DNA of 63,887 bases, filler included, from Choristocarpus tenellus KU-1152 (GCA_964200185.2; 6 parts of 6 records of this genome joined end to end with filler, not necessarily neighbours in it), one strand, 5' to 3'. Positions 12,701-25,522 are shown, counted from the first letter of the whole stretch. The notes: a model not told the origin generated them from the letters alone. Program-made: numbers and translations.

Positions 12701-15700
12701 AGTGGCATGAAACTTCCATCGAATGGGGACTAAGGAAACAGAGGGTTGCTCTTCCTGTGGAGAGTTTTCGAGACAAGGTGGGGTGGCAGAGGGCCCAAAG
12801 GGCCATTGCTATTTGGGCCAGGGCAGCGTTGCAGAGCAGGGCACTTGCAGAGGGAATAGTGATGGGTAGGCGGGAGGGGGCTGTACGGATGGTCTCTGCT
12901 GTGTCAAGGAGGAGATGGAAGGAGAGTGCAACACAGTGTAGGCACCATGCATTCTGGAAGTGGAGGGTGTTTGTGGCAACAGAGAAGGAGAGGGTTGGGT
13001 CTGAGGAGGCGGGTGTCTTGCAGGAGCAGGAACGGGCTCTTGCCCAGGAGGTTTGTTTGTCTCTTAACTTTATTTTGATTCTGTTTCTGTGCCCCTTTGT
13101 GTTTATTGGCATGACTTCCGTGTGCCGTGTTGTTGTCCCTGTGCGATGTCCATTCAACACCGACAATTGCCAGGTTTGATCGTCAGTGAAATTGTGCATT
13201 TCTTTTCCCACTTGAGAAGAGAGGCAGTTACTACTGTGCGCCGAATTCTTGCTCAAGGAGATCTGGGAATCCATGTGTTCCGTGACACGACGTACTCCAG
13301 AGTATATGGTACTAGTGCTTTGAATTGTATTCTGTCTAGCACGCACAATCAAGCACTCCAAAATGATGTAAAATTCCCTGCATTGGTCCCTTTGTTTGTC
13401 ATGTGCCTATGTCACGAATGCAGATAGCCACGCGACTTGAGAAGCGTGGACAAGGCCTGGCTGACAGTCTGGCAACAGTTGCTGACAAACGCCGACAGGA
13501 GCTTATCCTTCGTACAGCGCTCCGCTGCTGGCGGTCGCATGGGCTGGCATTCAAGAGGCTTTCCATAGCGGAGCACAAGGTGGATGTGGCAGGGTGCCAG
13601 CGGATGCGAAGTTTGGGGATTTCAGCCCTCTCAGTTTGGCGGGGACATGCGCGCCGGGGGAGGATGGTGCGTTCGGCGGTGTTGCAGGTGGTGAGGGTGC
13701 TTCAGAGTCAGAGACGCTGGGCTCTGAGTTGTGCACTGTCAAGGTGAGAGTGAACAAGACCTGAGGGTGAAGGTCGATGCAGGAAGCATTTATGACAATA
13801 GTCCTAGGCTTGGGTGTTCCAGGGGTGTGGGAAGGGTATGGGGTGATACCGGGGGGAGACATCATTGCAGCACTGCATACAGTAGTCTGCTCTGAGGCAA
13901 GCCTTGTGTTGTTGTTTATCGAGTTCATGACAACCTGGTAGTCCAACCCACTGAGGATGAGATTATTATTTTTTGTTTCAATAGTGTCTAGCCCTGCAAG
14001 TGCATCAGTGTCCTGAAGCATATGAGCTTTTTTCCTCAACTGGTGTTTGTGCCACTACCTATTATTGCACTGTGCACAGATAATAAGTGACTTGTAGATT
14101 CATTTTTGTGTCACTAGCCTGTCAATCTCATTGTGATACATGTTCTACATCCCTTCCTGCCCCTCCTTCCAATCCCCCCCTCCCCTCTATCGATGCAAAT
14201 GTGTGTAACCCATCGCCCCTTGTAGGTGGAAGCTAATGGTGGTTATAACAACACACCCCGCCATTGCTGATACCGCTGCTGCCTCCGCAAGGGTACCAAA
14301 CCTTGAGATTGTCAATTCATGTACCTCTTCAACTGGGATTGAACATAGTGCCCGGAGACCCCATGCTGGGTTTGCAACAGAGCCAGAATCGAATGTTTTG
14401 GGGCAACCTCTGTCGGGAGTAGTAATTGAATATAGGAGTCTCCTTGCCAACCAACAAGCTACTATAAAGGTGTTTGCAGCATGGAAAGGTCTAATTGTCC
14501 ATGAACGGTCTAAACAGGCAGCACTTTCCCACCTCCAACAGAGTGAGAGGCGGCGTTGCCTGGCCCGTGGCCTGTGGGGTTGGCGCCTGGGGGCTGACAG
14601 GTGTGCCGCTGGGGCAGAAATCGCTGCAGCAGAGTCTGTGGCAGCAGTAGCTACAGCAAAGGCGAAAGCAGAGGCGGTGATTGCAACAGAGACAAAGGCA
14701 CACCATATGGAGGAGCTCGAACATATGAAGGCTAAGGTTCTAGCACAGCAACAAGAGGGACAGAGGCAAATAAAGCAAAGTGATACTCTAAGGGTGTTCT
14801 TGGTTTGGAGGCACCTTACTGTGCTGCAGCGGACCAAACGAGCAACGCTGTTTCGTCTTGTACTGAGTGAGAACCGACGTCGCCTGACATATGGCTTATG
14901 GAGCTGGCGGAGGGGGGTTGACTGCTTGCTTGCTGGGGAAGAAATTGCATTAGCAAAGGCGGCGGTGGCAGCGACTGCTTGTGAGATAGAGGCAAAGGTT
15001 ACAAGGACAATGGAGACTAAAATGTGCTCTCTCAAGGGAGCTCTGCATGCAAGAGCTGAAACTCTAGAACAGCAAATGAAAAACCAGCGGCAGTTGCAGC
15101 GAGATACGCTGCAGGTGTTCTCAGCATGGAGGCGTTTTGCAGTGCTGCAGCGATCAAGGCGGTTAGTGCTGTCCCGTCTCCTGAGGGATGAAAAGCGGCG
15201 TCACCTGGCACATGGGCTTCGGGTCTGGCAGCAGGGGGTCAATAATCGCATCATGGAGTCAGAAGTTTCATTAGCCAAGGCGTTGGTGACAGCAGCTGTT
15301 GAGGAGGAGAGAGAGGCGATGAGGGTTGCAGAGCTAGAGGCAGATCATTTGCAGGAGGAGGTTATTCAGACAAGGGCAAAGACTCTAGAGCTGCAAACAG
15401 AGGGGAGGCTAAAGGATCAGCTAATGGAGACTCTCAAAGTTTTCTCAGCATGGAGGTCTCTTGCAGTACAGGGGCAATTAAGAAAGGCAGCACTTTCGCG
15501 CCTTGTTAAGGACGGGCGGAAACACCGCCTGCTGGCTCGCAGCCTCTGGAACTGGCGGAGAGGGGTTTACGCCAGTATTGCTGAGTCAAAAATCGATGAA
15601 GCAGAGTGTGTTGCAGCAGCAGCTGTAGCGGAGGTGGCGGTAGCATTGGAGAGAAAGATAGAATTGGAGGGGAAAATATGCTCATTGGAGGAGGAGCTCA

Positions 15701-18700
15701 CTACTAATGCCAGCAGGGATGAGACTCTGCAGTTGCAGCGAGACCGGCAGTGGCAAGAACCACAACGTGCATTGAAGGCGTTCTCAGCATGGAAGGGCGT
15801 TTTTGCTCTGCAACGGTTGAAGCTTGCAGGACTATCTCGCCTTGTTCGGAGGCAACAACGGCGCCGTCTGGCCCTTGGCTTCTCTCGCTGGTGGCGAGAG
15901 GTGCATATCAGTGTTGCCCGATCGAAAATTGCTGCGGCAGAGGCTGTGGCTGAAGCGGCGACGGATGAGTTGGCAACTGGGATGGAAAAGGCAGTGGAGA
16001 AAGAAGCAGTGTATTTGGTGGAGCTCTCAAGGACCCGGACTGAAGTATCAGATTTAAAAAGAATGGCAGAAGAGAAACTTGGTGTAGGCACTATGTGGGG
16101 GGATAGGGAGGGAGAGGGGGAGATGGATCGCTGTGCAGTTCTTGCCTTAGCTGTTGCCCGGGCCTGCCACAGGCGACGTGAGCGTGCAGCTGTTTTGGGG
16201 GCCCTAGTGACTTGGCATGGGGCTACCCTGTCACGTCGCCGAGGGCAGATGGCAGGAAGACACATTGCAGGTCTTCGCCTTGCACACTGTCTCAAGAAAT
16301 GGTTCGGCATTGCCAACAAGAACTGTCAACTGAGACAACGACGGCGGCGTTTAGGTGAGTTAACAATGGGGGAAGAACAAGGTTGCCCCTCCTCCACTCC
16401 TGGGCAGCTTTTTGCTAGGAGAGTAGCGGCAGCCACAGCTGTAGAGACGTGGGTGGAGTACTCCACCTGGCGGAGGCGTTGCCGAATGGCAGCAGATGTG
16501 GCTGTGCGACATGCTCAAACAGTGAGACTCCAAGCGTCTACTCAGTATTGGGCTGAGAGGCGATTGTTTGGTACCGATGCAGCAACAAAGTGGCAGAGGG
16601 CGCTTGAAATGCGTAAGCAAAGGGTAAAACGTTTTGGGCTGAGGAGGTGGCATCAACTGGTTTTGGGGGCTGAGGTTAGGGCTATTTCAAAGTCCAGGGT
16701 AGGGGAAACAGAGGTGGTGGTGGGAGGTAGACTATTAGCACGACTCGAGGGTATGGCCAACAGGGTAGCTGAAGCAACTACCCATCGGCAAGCCAAGCTT
16801 TTCATGAAAAAGTGGAGGGGTAGAGCTATCAAGGCCGTGTGTCTACAGAGTACTTTAGGGTAGGTGGCTCCGCCCTATATTTTCCCCCTTTGGCTTTCAT
16901 TCCACCTGTAAGAATATGTAGTAGTAGTCCACCACAATGCCATTCTATTGTATGAAGTCTAATGAGAAGCCCTAACCCAAATCTTGATCCTATCTCTTAT
17001 CCTACTATACAAAAGCGAAACTAAAAGTTAGCTCAGTGAACGTATGCATGCCTACTAGACTGACGTTTCCTCCAATGGGTACCCGTATCTGTTAATGAGA
17101 TGGTTGTGACAGGGAGTGGGAGAGTAAACAGGAATCCCCCCCCTTGTCCACTTCTTGCTCTGATATTGTTCTGTGCTTTCAATCTTGTTGCAGACGTGCT
17201 GAGGCTGCCCTGGTTAGGAGGAAAGAGGTGGCAGCCCTACGATGGTGGCTGGCTTTAGCCTCACGCCATCACAGGCATAAAAGAAAGCTTGAGTGTGCGT
17301 CTGAGAGGGCTATGTTGAGGAGCCTTCGCAAGGGTTGGTGGGCATGGCGGGAGAATGTGAGCACGGAAAGGTTTCCAGGCCCTTTGTAGTTCCTATCTCC
17401 CATATACTCAGGGCGACGTTTGTCATTGCGATTCTACCTCAACCCCCTCCCTCACCCCTTTGTTGAGATCCTTGATTGTTACAAGCAGGGGTTCCTCACT
17501 AGAAGTTTTATCACAATTATTCTCATCCTTGTTTTTGTATGTTACACCATGCTATGATCCCCGCTTCCCCAACTCCACTCCACTCATCCTCCAGACTTGA
17601 CCCAAATGTCACCCATAATAGCAGATCATTCTGCAGCATCAAAGGGACAACTTACCCCAGGGAAGTGGGGAGCAGGGCATGCCCTTGTGTCCTTCTGATG
17701 GCAGGGAAGAGGTCCGAAAGGCAGAGGAGGAAAAACGACGATACCAGCACCTGTTGGAAGTTCTGGTAGACACCTGTGCTGCCCCCCCTCCATATCCTCT
17801 TGGATCAGGTATGAAGGCACTGGGCCTAGAGTCATGCCGAGCTGCCATGACTGCCTTCGGGTTGCTCTCGGTAGCCCTCTATGAATTAGTGGGAAAAGAA
17901 GGTGTGCTGAGCCGTGTGGTGGCCATATCCAGTGTCATAGCTGACTCCACTTGGCAACACAGCTCATGCAACAGTGGGAAGGAAGGAGGAGAGGCTGGTG
18001 AAAAGGAGTCTGAGGGTAGAGGAAGCCTACACGTGTTGGGAGTTGACCAGGGTCCACCTGTGCAAGAAGTGGTAGGAGAGGGTGCAACAGGCACTGCTGC
18101 TCAGACAGCAATGCCAGTTTGCATCGAAGCAGTGTCGTGCGATCACCCACAGAGCGCTTCCGTTTTTTCTCACCCTGACAACCAACCCTCATCTCCTCAT
18201 GCCACTGATGTTGCTGTCAGTGACCAGAGTTCTAGTCGAAGGGGCTTCATGAAGCAGGAGTGGAATCAGCAGTCAATGCCACTTTGGTCACAGCAGCCTC
18301 AGCCTCATGTCCTCCCCGATTCACCATTAAATCCTTATCAGGCTACTGTTCTCTGTGTCCCAGTCATGCTGCAGACAGGAGCTGCACAAGGCCCTGGTGA
18401 TGCTGAGGTGGTTGGGGTGCTCAGAGCTGTTCGCTCTGGACCCAGTTCCTTCTCAGGTGACGATGCTAGGGCCCTTGCAGTGTTTTGTGGTCACCTTGCT
18501 GTTGCCATGGTGGCAGAGCATGCTCTGGGCGTAGTAGCCACGGCAGCAGTGGCTGCTGATGAACATGCTACCCACCCTGCCAAGCAGAAGGTGAGAGGTG
18601 TGGTGATGTGTGGACCAAACCAAGGTAAAGAACATGCATCGGAGGGAAACTTCCAACCAGTAAAAGAGGGCCTCCCACAGAAGGTTGCGTCAGGAACATT

Positions 18701-20687
18701 GGAGAGTGAGGAGCGAGTGCAAGAGGCAGTGACAGCTACACTGGGAGAGGTGGGCGTAAAGACAAAGGTCCGTTCATCAAAAGTGTGTCAGCTTGTGTGT
18801 CAACGGGTGAACGAACTGGCTCGTGGCACTGTGACACTAGCCTTGACACAGGAAGCTGCTTTCCCCTTGTTCTCTTCTGTGGCACTTCCTCTCTCGGTTG
18901 GGTCCCCACCATCCCTTGCCGCTTGTCAACAAGACCCCTACTGCAACCTGTGGGGAATGGTGGCTGGTCCCGCAGCTGAGGCTCTTGGGTGTGAAGGAGT
19001 TTCCTTTTGGCGGCCATCAATGTTTAACAGAAGAGGTGGGGATTGGGATGGGGAGGTGAAGAAGGAGTGGGAGGTGGGGATTCAGTCTCCCTTGCCCTCT
19101 CCTCCACTAGAGGCGCTTCTTGAGGCAGTTACTAGGGGATGCGCTGTGGGAATGAAGCAAGCTGGAATTACGGCTGGGGTGGAGAGAGCCGGGATGAGGG
19201 CAGGGAGCTGGCTGTGTGTGCCGGTGGTTGCATCAGTGCAACCTGGGCAGGAGAGGCGAGATCCCCTGGTGTGCTGTGCCGTGAACAAGGCTGAAGGAAG
19301 GATATTCAATAAAGTAGATGAGGTATGTGGGTTGATGGGCATGGAGGAGAAATGTATGGACTGGCATTGTTAGAAGTCATTTGATGGTTCTCCCTCAATT
19401 AGTAAAGCAGAGGTTACGTGTAGTTCATACAGGGAGGAGACGGAGGATGTAAGGAAATGATGTGAAAAGGTTTAGGTAGTCGTTGGAAGCCCAGTAATTA
19501 TCAAATCGTCCCCCTTGAACTCTGCTCACCTCACGCGGCACACTCTACCAGTTCCAGTAAGTATGCAACTACCCTTACGCCAACATTGCACTCTGCAGGC
19601 ACTGCTCAATGTTATAGCAGCACTCTTTGGAGTTGCTGCTTCATGGGCCAGCTGGGCCCTTCGTGAGTCACCCCCCCCACGGCAGGTGTTGGCTCCTGCA
19701 GTTCGAGAACTTCCATTTGCTGCTGCAGCTGATGTTCCTAAATCCAGTCTTGCATTGAGACCAACTTGCAGTCATGACTTCATTTCCTACACAACACCAC
19801 CTCCAGCCACTGCAGATGCTTTTCTGGGTGAAGTGCACTCATCCATGGCACAGTTTGGTGGCATTCAAGATTCTAGCTCCTCTTACTCTGCAGGCACAAC
19901 CAACAATGATGGTACTGTCTGTGAGGAAGCTACAGGTGGTTGCCCCCCAGCAACCACTCCATGGGAGGACAACAGTGATAGGCTTAGCCATCTTACTCAT
20001 GAGGTGGCCAAAGAGCCGACTTTGACTAAGGCTCATCAACAGAACCCACAACAGGGGAATCTTGTTGTGGCAGGTTACCCCTTGCCAAGTATGTCCTCAC
20101 CCCTTCGACAGGGAGGTATCAATGGCGAAGCAATAAATCGCCACAGCAATGATCACCACAGCAGCTCTTGTCACATTGGTGTCCTAGCAGAGACTGGGGG
20201 GTTGTTGCCACTTGTGCCATCTCAGCAAGAAGATAATGGTAAGATTGATGTAAGAGGTGCTGACCACCCCACCCCTGCTCACAGAAGAACAGGGATTGCA
20301 AGTGGTGGACTCCGGAGACGAATTGGTGGGCAGCGCAGAATGCCAGAAGATGTGCAGGATCTCGGAAGGATACGTGAGTTGCTTTCGAGACTGAAGGGTG
20401 TGACTGCTGAGCTACAGGTTGAAAAGAGACGGCGGCGGGGAGTGGAGCAGTCATTAGCAGAAGCTTTGCACAACAGCACTGTGTACATTAATGGTAGTGG
20501 AAAAAGAATAGACAGGAGTGCAAAAGGGGCAATGACAGTCGATGAAGTAGAAATGCTTCGGAGAGAGAATGCCAAACTGAAGAGAAAGCTCCATGGCCTT
20601 TCTGAGCTTATGCAAATGGAGGAAAGGGCTACCCGAATTGGTTTGCTTCCTTTGTCTGCCCCTAATGAAGGCACTGCTGCTCTTTGA
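6710..20687 (+). CDS. Giant (~3,485 aa) multi-GAF-domain protein with central Sfi1-like Trp repeats/coiled coil; exons 6710-7247, 7987-8128, 8957-9535, 9744-13050, 13424-13743, 14226-16859, 17194-17356, 17637(or 17625)-19322, 19599-20687
   Basis: All eight introns are GT-AG with matching phases; the summed CDS is 10,458 nt with one terminal stop. GAF motifs: IQALNK...FTEGD (9841-9900); GLEGIALATGRTVRSEDALTDTLFDRKLDLHVGFLTRSLLCAPL...VLGVLQ...FTAEDE (10468-10810); VLCIPL...GVLQL (12070-12130); VLCVPV...VVGVLRAV...FSGDD (18348-18465); LCVPV...CAVNK...FNKVDE (19212-19322). The central region has many L..F..W[KR] motifs. Confidence 0.82.
14458..16060 (+). repeat. Five coding super-repeats of ~107-113 aa, each with two Trp motifs 33-34 aa apart followed by an Ala/Glu-rich helix
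   Basis: Units begin ATIKVFAAWK (~14458), DTLRVFLVWR (~14782), DTLQVFSAWR (~15103), ETLKVFSAWR (~15427) and RALKAFSAWK (~15765). Each continues L.RL...RR.LA.GL..WR.G. Confidence 0.85.
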
Positions 20688-21786
20688 TTTGTTGTGTTGA
20701 AGTTTTATACTTGTTCCTACAGGGAAGCATCAGCTTTTCTTTTATTTTGGTTCGTTGTCTCATCTATGGAATGCTCGATGTGTGGTAAACTCTCTATCAA
20801 CTTGTACGAAATATCAGGCATAATACACTTGCTTTTAGTCAAAGTAGCCACATAACACCAAACACTTCCAGTTGTTCCATCACATTGAGGATTCTGCAAT
20901 CTCTAGAAGGAAAAATCACAATTTAAATCAAAATGGTTCTCACACTCTCTGTTCCTTTTATGGTATTATGGAGAAATTTAGGAGGAGTAATGGAAACGTC
21001 GACCACCCTCATACTACACAGCTTATACTTTTGACCTTCACAATTGATATTGTAGTACTATTAATCTTGTCTTATTATTGGTTGGCCTTGTTGGTTGCCA
21101 AGTGAACAGTACCCGGACAAGAAAAGCAATTGAATCAGTGTATTATATTGTTTAATATTCTATGACACATAATAGAGCTCTATACTTCAATGGCTGTCCT
21201 TTTTATTTTTATGCCTGAACCAACCAATAAATGTGCATCTGGAAGCAGCTTGAAAATATGACACGTATTGGGGAGAAGTGCATTGTACTTTAAAATACTT
21301 GCCAATACTTCGGGCTTTACTGCATAGGGTGCAAGCTGAAGTGCCGGAGAAATTTGGGGTAAGCAAATATGATAGGAAATAGCTGAGAACTTGCTGTTAT
21401 GTTAACTGACAAGAGCGTATGATTTCAATTAGGCACAAATTTCAACTGTTTCGATCAAACCAAAACGTGAACACATGCGGTGAACCACACGAAGCAAGTC
21501 TTGTGTAGAGTCACTCCTTATGGATGTAGATATATGTAGGTAGTGAATTGTGAGAAGTGAGAAGTTTTCGTGGTTGACAAGACCCCATGCCGTGTGACTC
21601 CTGCTGCTCAAACTATAACCCCCTCCTTGCATACTCGAGATTTTAATAATTTCAATTGCAATGTTGATCATTCTCGATTGATTGAATTGAGTCGATAAAA
21701 TTGCTGCAGTTCTCAACTCTACAAACAACATACATTAACAGGGGAATCTCAAAATTGAGGAAGGCGCGGGACTATGAGGATGGGTT

Positions 21787-21886
21787 NNNNNNNNNNNNNN
21801 NNNNNNNNNNNNNNNNNNNNNNNNNNNNNNTTAATTAATTAANNNNNNNNNNNNNNNNNNNNNNNNNNNNNNNNNNNNNNNNNNNN
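21787..21886. other. Artificial contig linker (N44-TTAATTAATTAA-N44)
   Basis: 100-nt spacer with a six-frame stop 12-mer, identical at five places in the window. Confidence 0.98.
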
Positions 21887-22432
21887 GTTTGAGAGTTCCA
21901 GCAACTCTTCATTGCCTGCACTCTCATGGGGGAGTTTGCAAAATAGGACAATAGTGAGGTGTGTACCTTATTTTGTGTATATGAGATTATTGTGTTGAAA
22001 TTAAATCCATGTGATGTAACAATTGAGATAGTACAATCCCTTTCGCTACTTTGAAATAGGTAGCGAAACCCAAATAATAATAAACAATGAGAAGAAGACA
22101 CCCCACATAGGCCAATCTTCTAATTTCAACCATCCATTCTTTTCACGTTCAGCGAAGGGGGTCGTGTGAGGCTTCACACCTTCCTGTCTTCACTACTGAT
22201 AAATGGCATTACCTCCCAAGGTAAATTTGCAAATGGGCAAGTAGTCCATCACACACGATGTACACTAATTAATAACAATTGGCACTCTCTCTTCTCGAAG
22301 ATTGTGGCAAGTAGTGCATCACGCAGCGGCACATGATTATTGAGGTAAGCAGATCTACCTCCTAATTAAAATGTTACGGAACTATCTCCTGTCAAACTGT
22401 ATGTGCAAGTAGTCAACTACACAACTGTACAC

Positions 22433-23386
22433 TCAATCGAGCAGACTGGTTCCCTTGCTCAGCAACTTCGTGATCGGCAGAGGGTTAGGACGCACCCTTG
22501 TCCTCCGTGCCTCCGAAAATGGTAAGGACCTAGATGTAACAAAGTCTTCATAGCCTTCACCATCAGAGGGATTTGCCACGGACAGAGGTGCCCTCCCCTT
22601 TCTTGTGGAGGGTGAAGAGTCAACCACTTTTTCTTGTCTTCCTCGGGGTTTTGGTCCTGTTTTTTTGCGTATTTCGTATACGCAGAGCACTCGAGCGCGA
22701 AAGCATCTTTGGCATGGGTAGTTCCCATCACACCCCTTCTTGAACCTGCTACAGAAAAAGCACGAAGGCAGGTGATGGAGGGTAGGTATTTCGAAAACAG
22801 ACCACATCATGGAAAACGTTGATGTCAGTTTTTTTTCATGATATAGTCGATGACGTGACGAGCGGGGAAAGGAGAAGAGAGAGAAGATAGAGACACTAGA
22901 GTCTGTATAGGGCAGTGTAAAAACCAAACTACACGGCAAACGTGCCTGCATACAATTACACTTCAAATTCATTTGACACCACAATGCCGTTGAAGAATGG
23001 GCTTATAGGGGAATGTGGCGTAGAAGGAGAAAGCGACGAGTCCATATGGACGGGAGAGGAAGATGAAATCAGAAATCGACACAAACAAATTGGACACCAG
23101 ATACTTGTTCGTACCTGGCACATAAGGTGCAGGTTGTTCGAAGACGATGCTGTGGAAGAGTATCTCTGTCACTCTTTCGAGTCGACTCTCGGTGTCCTGG
23201 AGTAGGTTTATTCGTCGGAATGACCCTCCAACTTTGAACATGAGATGGAATGTAGGAGTTACAGGGCTTGAGGCGGTATTCTCGGGGAGGTACGAATCTC
23301 TGAGCAACCTTCACTTCTATATGCATTGAGGCAGGCCTTGGTGTATGATTACTATTCTGTCGATCGTGTTGATCAACAGAGTTCAT
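22433..23386 (-). CDS. Zn(II)2Cys6 binuclear-cluster transcription factor; exons 23386-23115 and 22745-22433 (further 3' exons possible)
   Basis: Removing the GT-AG intron 23114-22746 (phase 2) gives RLRTTCTLCARFKKGCDGNYPCQRCFRARVLCVYEIRKKTGPKPR, i.e. C-x2-C-x6-C-x5-C-x2-C-x6-C with the typical basic linker. Confidence 0.85.
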
Positions 23387-24100
23387 GATTTGTGATCTTG
23401 CAGGCGTAAATGTGGTTGTTTTTTCTGAAGGTGCTGTAGGACTGGTTGTTCTGGCGAGTTATTTTTGGTGTTGGATGGTGTGATGTGTGTCTCATCGCCG
23501 AACATCAAAAATTTTATATATCACATCTTTCGTCGCTGGTGAAGAGCTGTTCTGAATAAAAAACAAAATAGTCTAATTCATCTGTTGATGTTGAATCTTG
23601 ACTGACTCCTCCTACGATTTCTGTATACATCAAACTTCTTTGTAATATATGGAGTATTATTGTGGGCCCGACCATTAGAAGAAAGTGGTACTGGACAGAA
23701 GTAGGTAGATTCTAAATTTCGTGAAGAATCTAGAATATAAATTCTTAGTTTTCTTCTACTATTTCTGATCCTAATCGTAGAAGCAGTTGGATAGAGTCGA
23801 ATATACTTTGGTAAAGAGTTGAAGTAAACTGAAATGCCAATGTTGACACTAATACATCACGACAGAATACGTTGGGTGTGACGAGACTGACCATTCAAGA
23901 AGTCACTAGGGTCGTCATCCTTGATAGCAATCAACACTATATGCGTCACAGCCTTGGAAAGAAATGACCCTGGTGAGGAATGAGGATGAGGAGTCAGCCT
24001 GTGCGGGAGAACAATACCATCTCGTATGGTCTCAATCATAACTATGACCATATATGTAGATGCTCCGAGATGAGAGGCTCGGCGACCCAGAATCTAGGGG

Positions 24101-24485
24101 TTGAAAGACATTTCGTCCCAGGTTCCGCGCCCTCTATCCCTTATTTGTGCAGGTCGTAGAAGAAGTGAGACAGGAAGTTGTCCCCAAAACACGAATGGAA
24201 TGGTCGACGGTGACCTCGTACGGCGGACCGTATGCAAGATGGGCGAAGACCTCCTTGTCTCGTACTACTTATTTTTTTCCCATCTTACGTGGGTTACCCC
24301 GGTTGATCCCCCAAACGATGGAACCCTTCCATAGTCTGTCGCAGTTCTCGTCGCTCTTGGGCAACAGGTTGCGAACATGTGTTTATCCTACTACACCCTT
24401 TGAACCCCAAAAGATGAAACTCCTCTGCAGTCTGAAGCAGTTCCTCATCATTCCTGGGCAACCCGATCCAGCTTCGAGCATGCAT
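24101..24485 (-). pseudogene. Decayed PIF/Harbinger-type DDE transposase fragment (left copy of an inverted pair)
   Basis: Minus strand reads SWIGLPRNDEELLQTAEEFHLLGFKG and, after frameshifts, YEVTVDHSIRVLGTT. Confidence 0.7.
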
Positions 24486-24499
24486 TGACTACGCGTTGG

Positions 24500-24910
24500 T
24501 GTTCGAAAGCTGGATCGGGTTGCCCAACAGGGACGAGGAACTCCTACACATTACGGAGGCGTATTATGGTTTCGAGTTCAAGGGCGTAATGGGATCACCC
24601 ATGTGACCCACGTATGGTGGGACGAACGTCCAGTAACTGAGACTAGATCATTGAAAGGTAAGGATGGCTTCTCCACTCAGGAGTACGAGGTAATCGCCGA
24701 CCATTCCATGTGTGCTTTGGTGCCAACTTGCAGCTTTGCGGATCGAGATACAATTATAAGACAATAGTCCCCTATGACGACACCGTTGCCCAGGTCCAGA
24801 TGAACAAGGGGTTTATGGACTTGTAGTGCACCCTGTTCGATGCAGACGGGAACGAGTGTACCAACAGAGGAGAGTGCTTCATCTTCAACGGTGGTTGCCA
24901 CAAGGTGCAT
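24500..24910 (+). pseudogene. Decayed PIF/Harbinger-type DDE transposase fragment (right copy of an inverted pair)
   Basis: Plus strand across frameshifts reads SWIGLPNRDEELL...FKGVMGS..VTHVWWD..P...KGKDGFST..YEVIADHS...YKTIVPYDDTV...FIFNGGCHK, matching DDE_Tnp_4-like catalytic segments. Confidence 0.72.
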
Positions 24911-25422
24911 ACGTGGAGGTGTCGACCCTCTGTGCTTAATTGTTTCAGGAATATTTTGGAGTTTTTTCAGTCTAGATGCTCTACGTAGATTTATGAGGAT
25001 AAGGATATGTCAATATGTTTGTGAACTATCGCACCAGTTCTTCTCGCACAAAGCACAAAGGTAGTAGACACCGCCTTATTTCTGGACTTTTACACCAAGG
25101 GAGTTAATATTTTTCCGAGATTGTACTGCACATCAGAGAACCGATCTGCCTCTTTTTAATTTTTTGTGAAAGTGCTACCACTGTCCTACACCGTGTTTAC
25201 TAGATGCTAAAGTGTTCCCGAACAAGCTCAAGTTATGTTATTTGCACGAATAATGTTGACATTAATCCATCTCCCTTGCCCCTGGAACAAAATCACAGTG
25301 GAAGTGGTCCATGACTCCTTACAAGGCCAACCATATATTGAGGACCAGCCAAAATGGAGCCAGGGCTTAGAAAGTGTGAGAACGGACGTACAGTGCTTTT
25401 TGGGGGTACTGAAACTGGAGTC

Positions 25423-25522
25423 NNNNNNNNNNNNNNNNNNNNNNNNNNNNNNNNNNNNNNNNNNNNTTAATTAATTAANNNNNNNNNNNNNNNNNNNNNN
25501 NNNNNNNNNNNNNNNNNNNNNN
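25423..25522. other. Artificial contig linker
   Basis: N44-TTAATTAATTAA-N44. Confidence 0.98.

Noticed and set aside
11754-16319. Long antisense ORFs (11754-13361, 535 aa; 14187-15035; 15567-16319)
   Set aside because: Shadows of the plus-strand coding exons, with no recognisable domains.
22433-23386. Zn2Cys6 gene as fungal contamination or a novel horizontal transfer
   Set aside because: Zn2Cys6 proteins are already known from stramenopiles, and the intron style matches neighbouring contigs.
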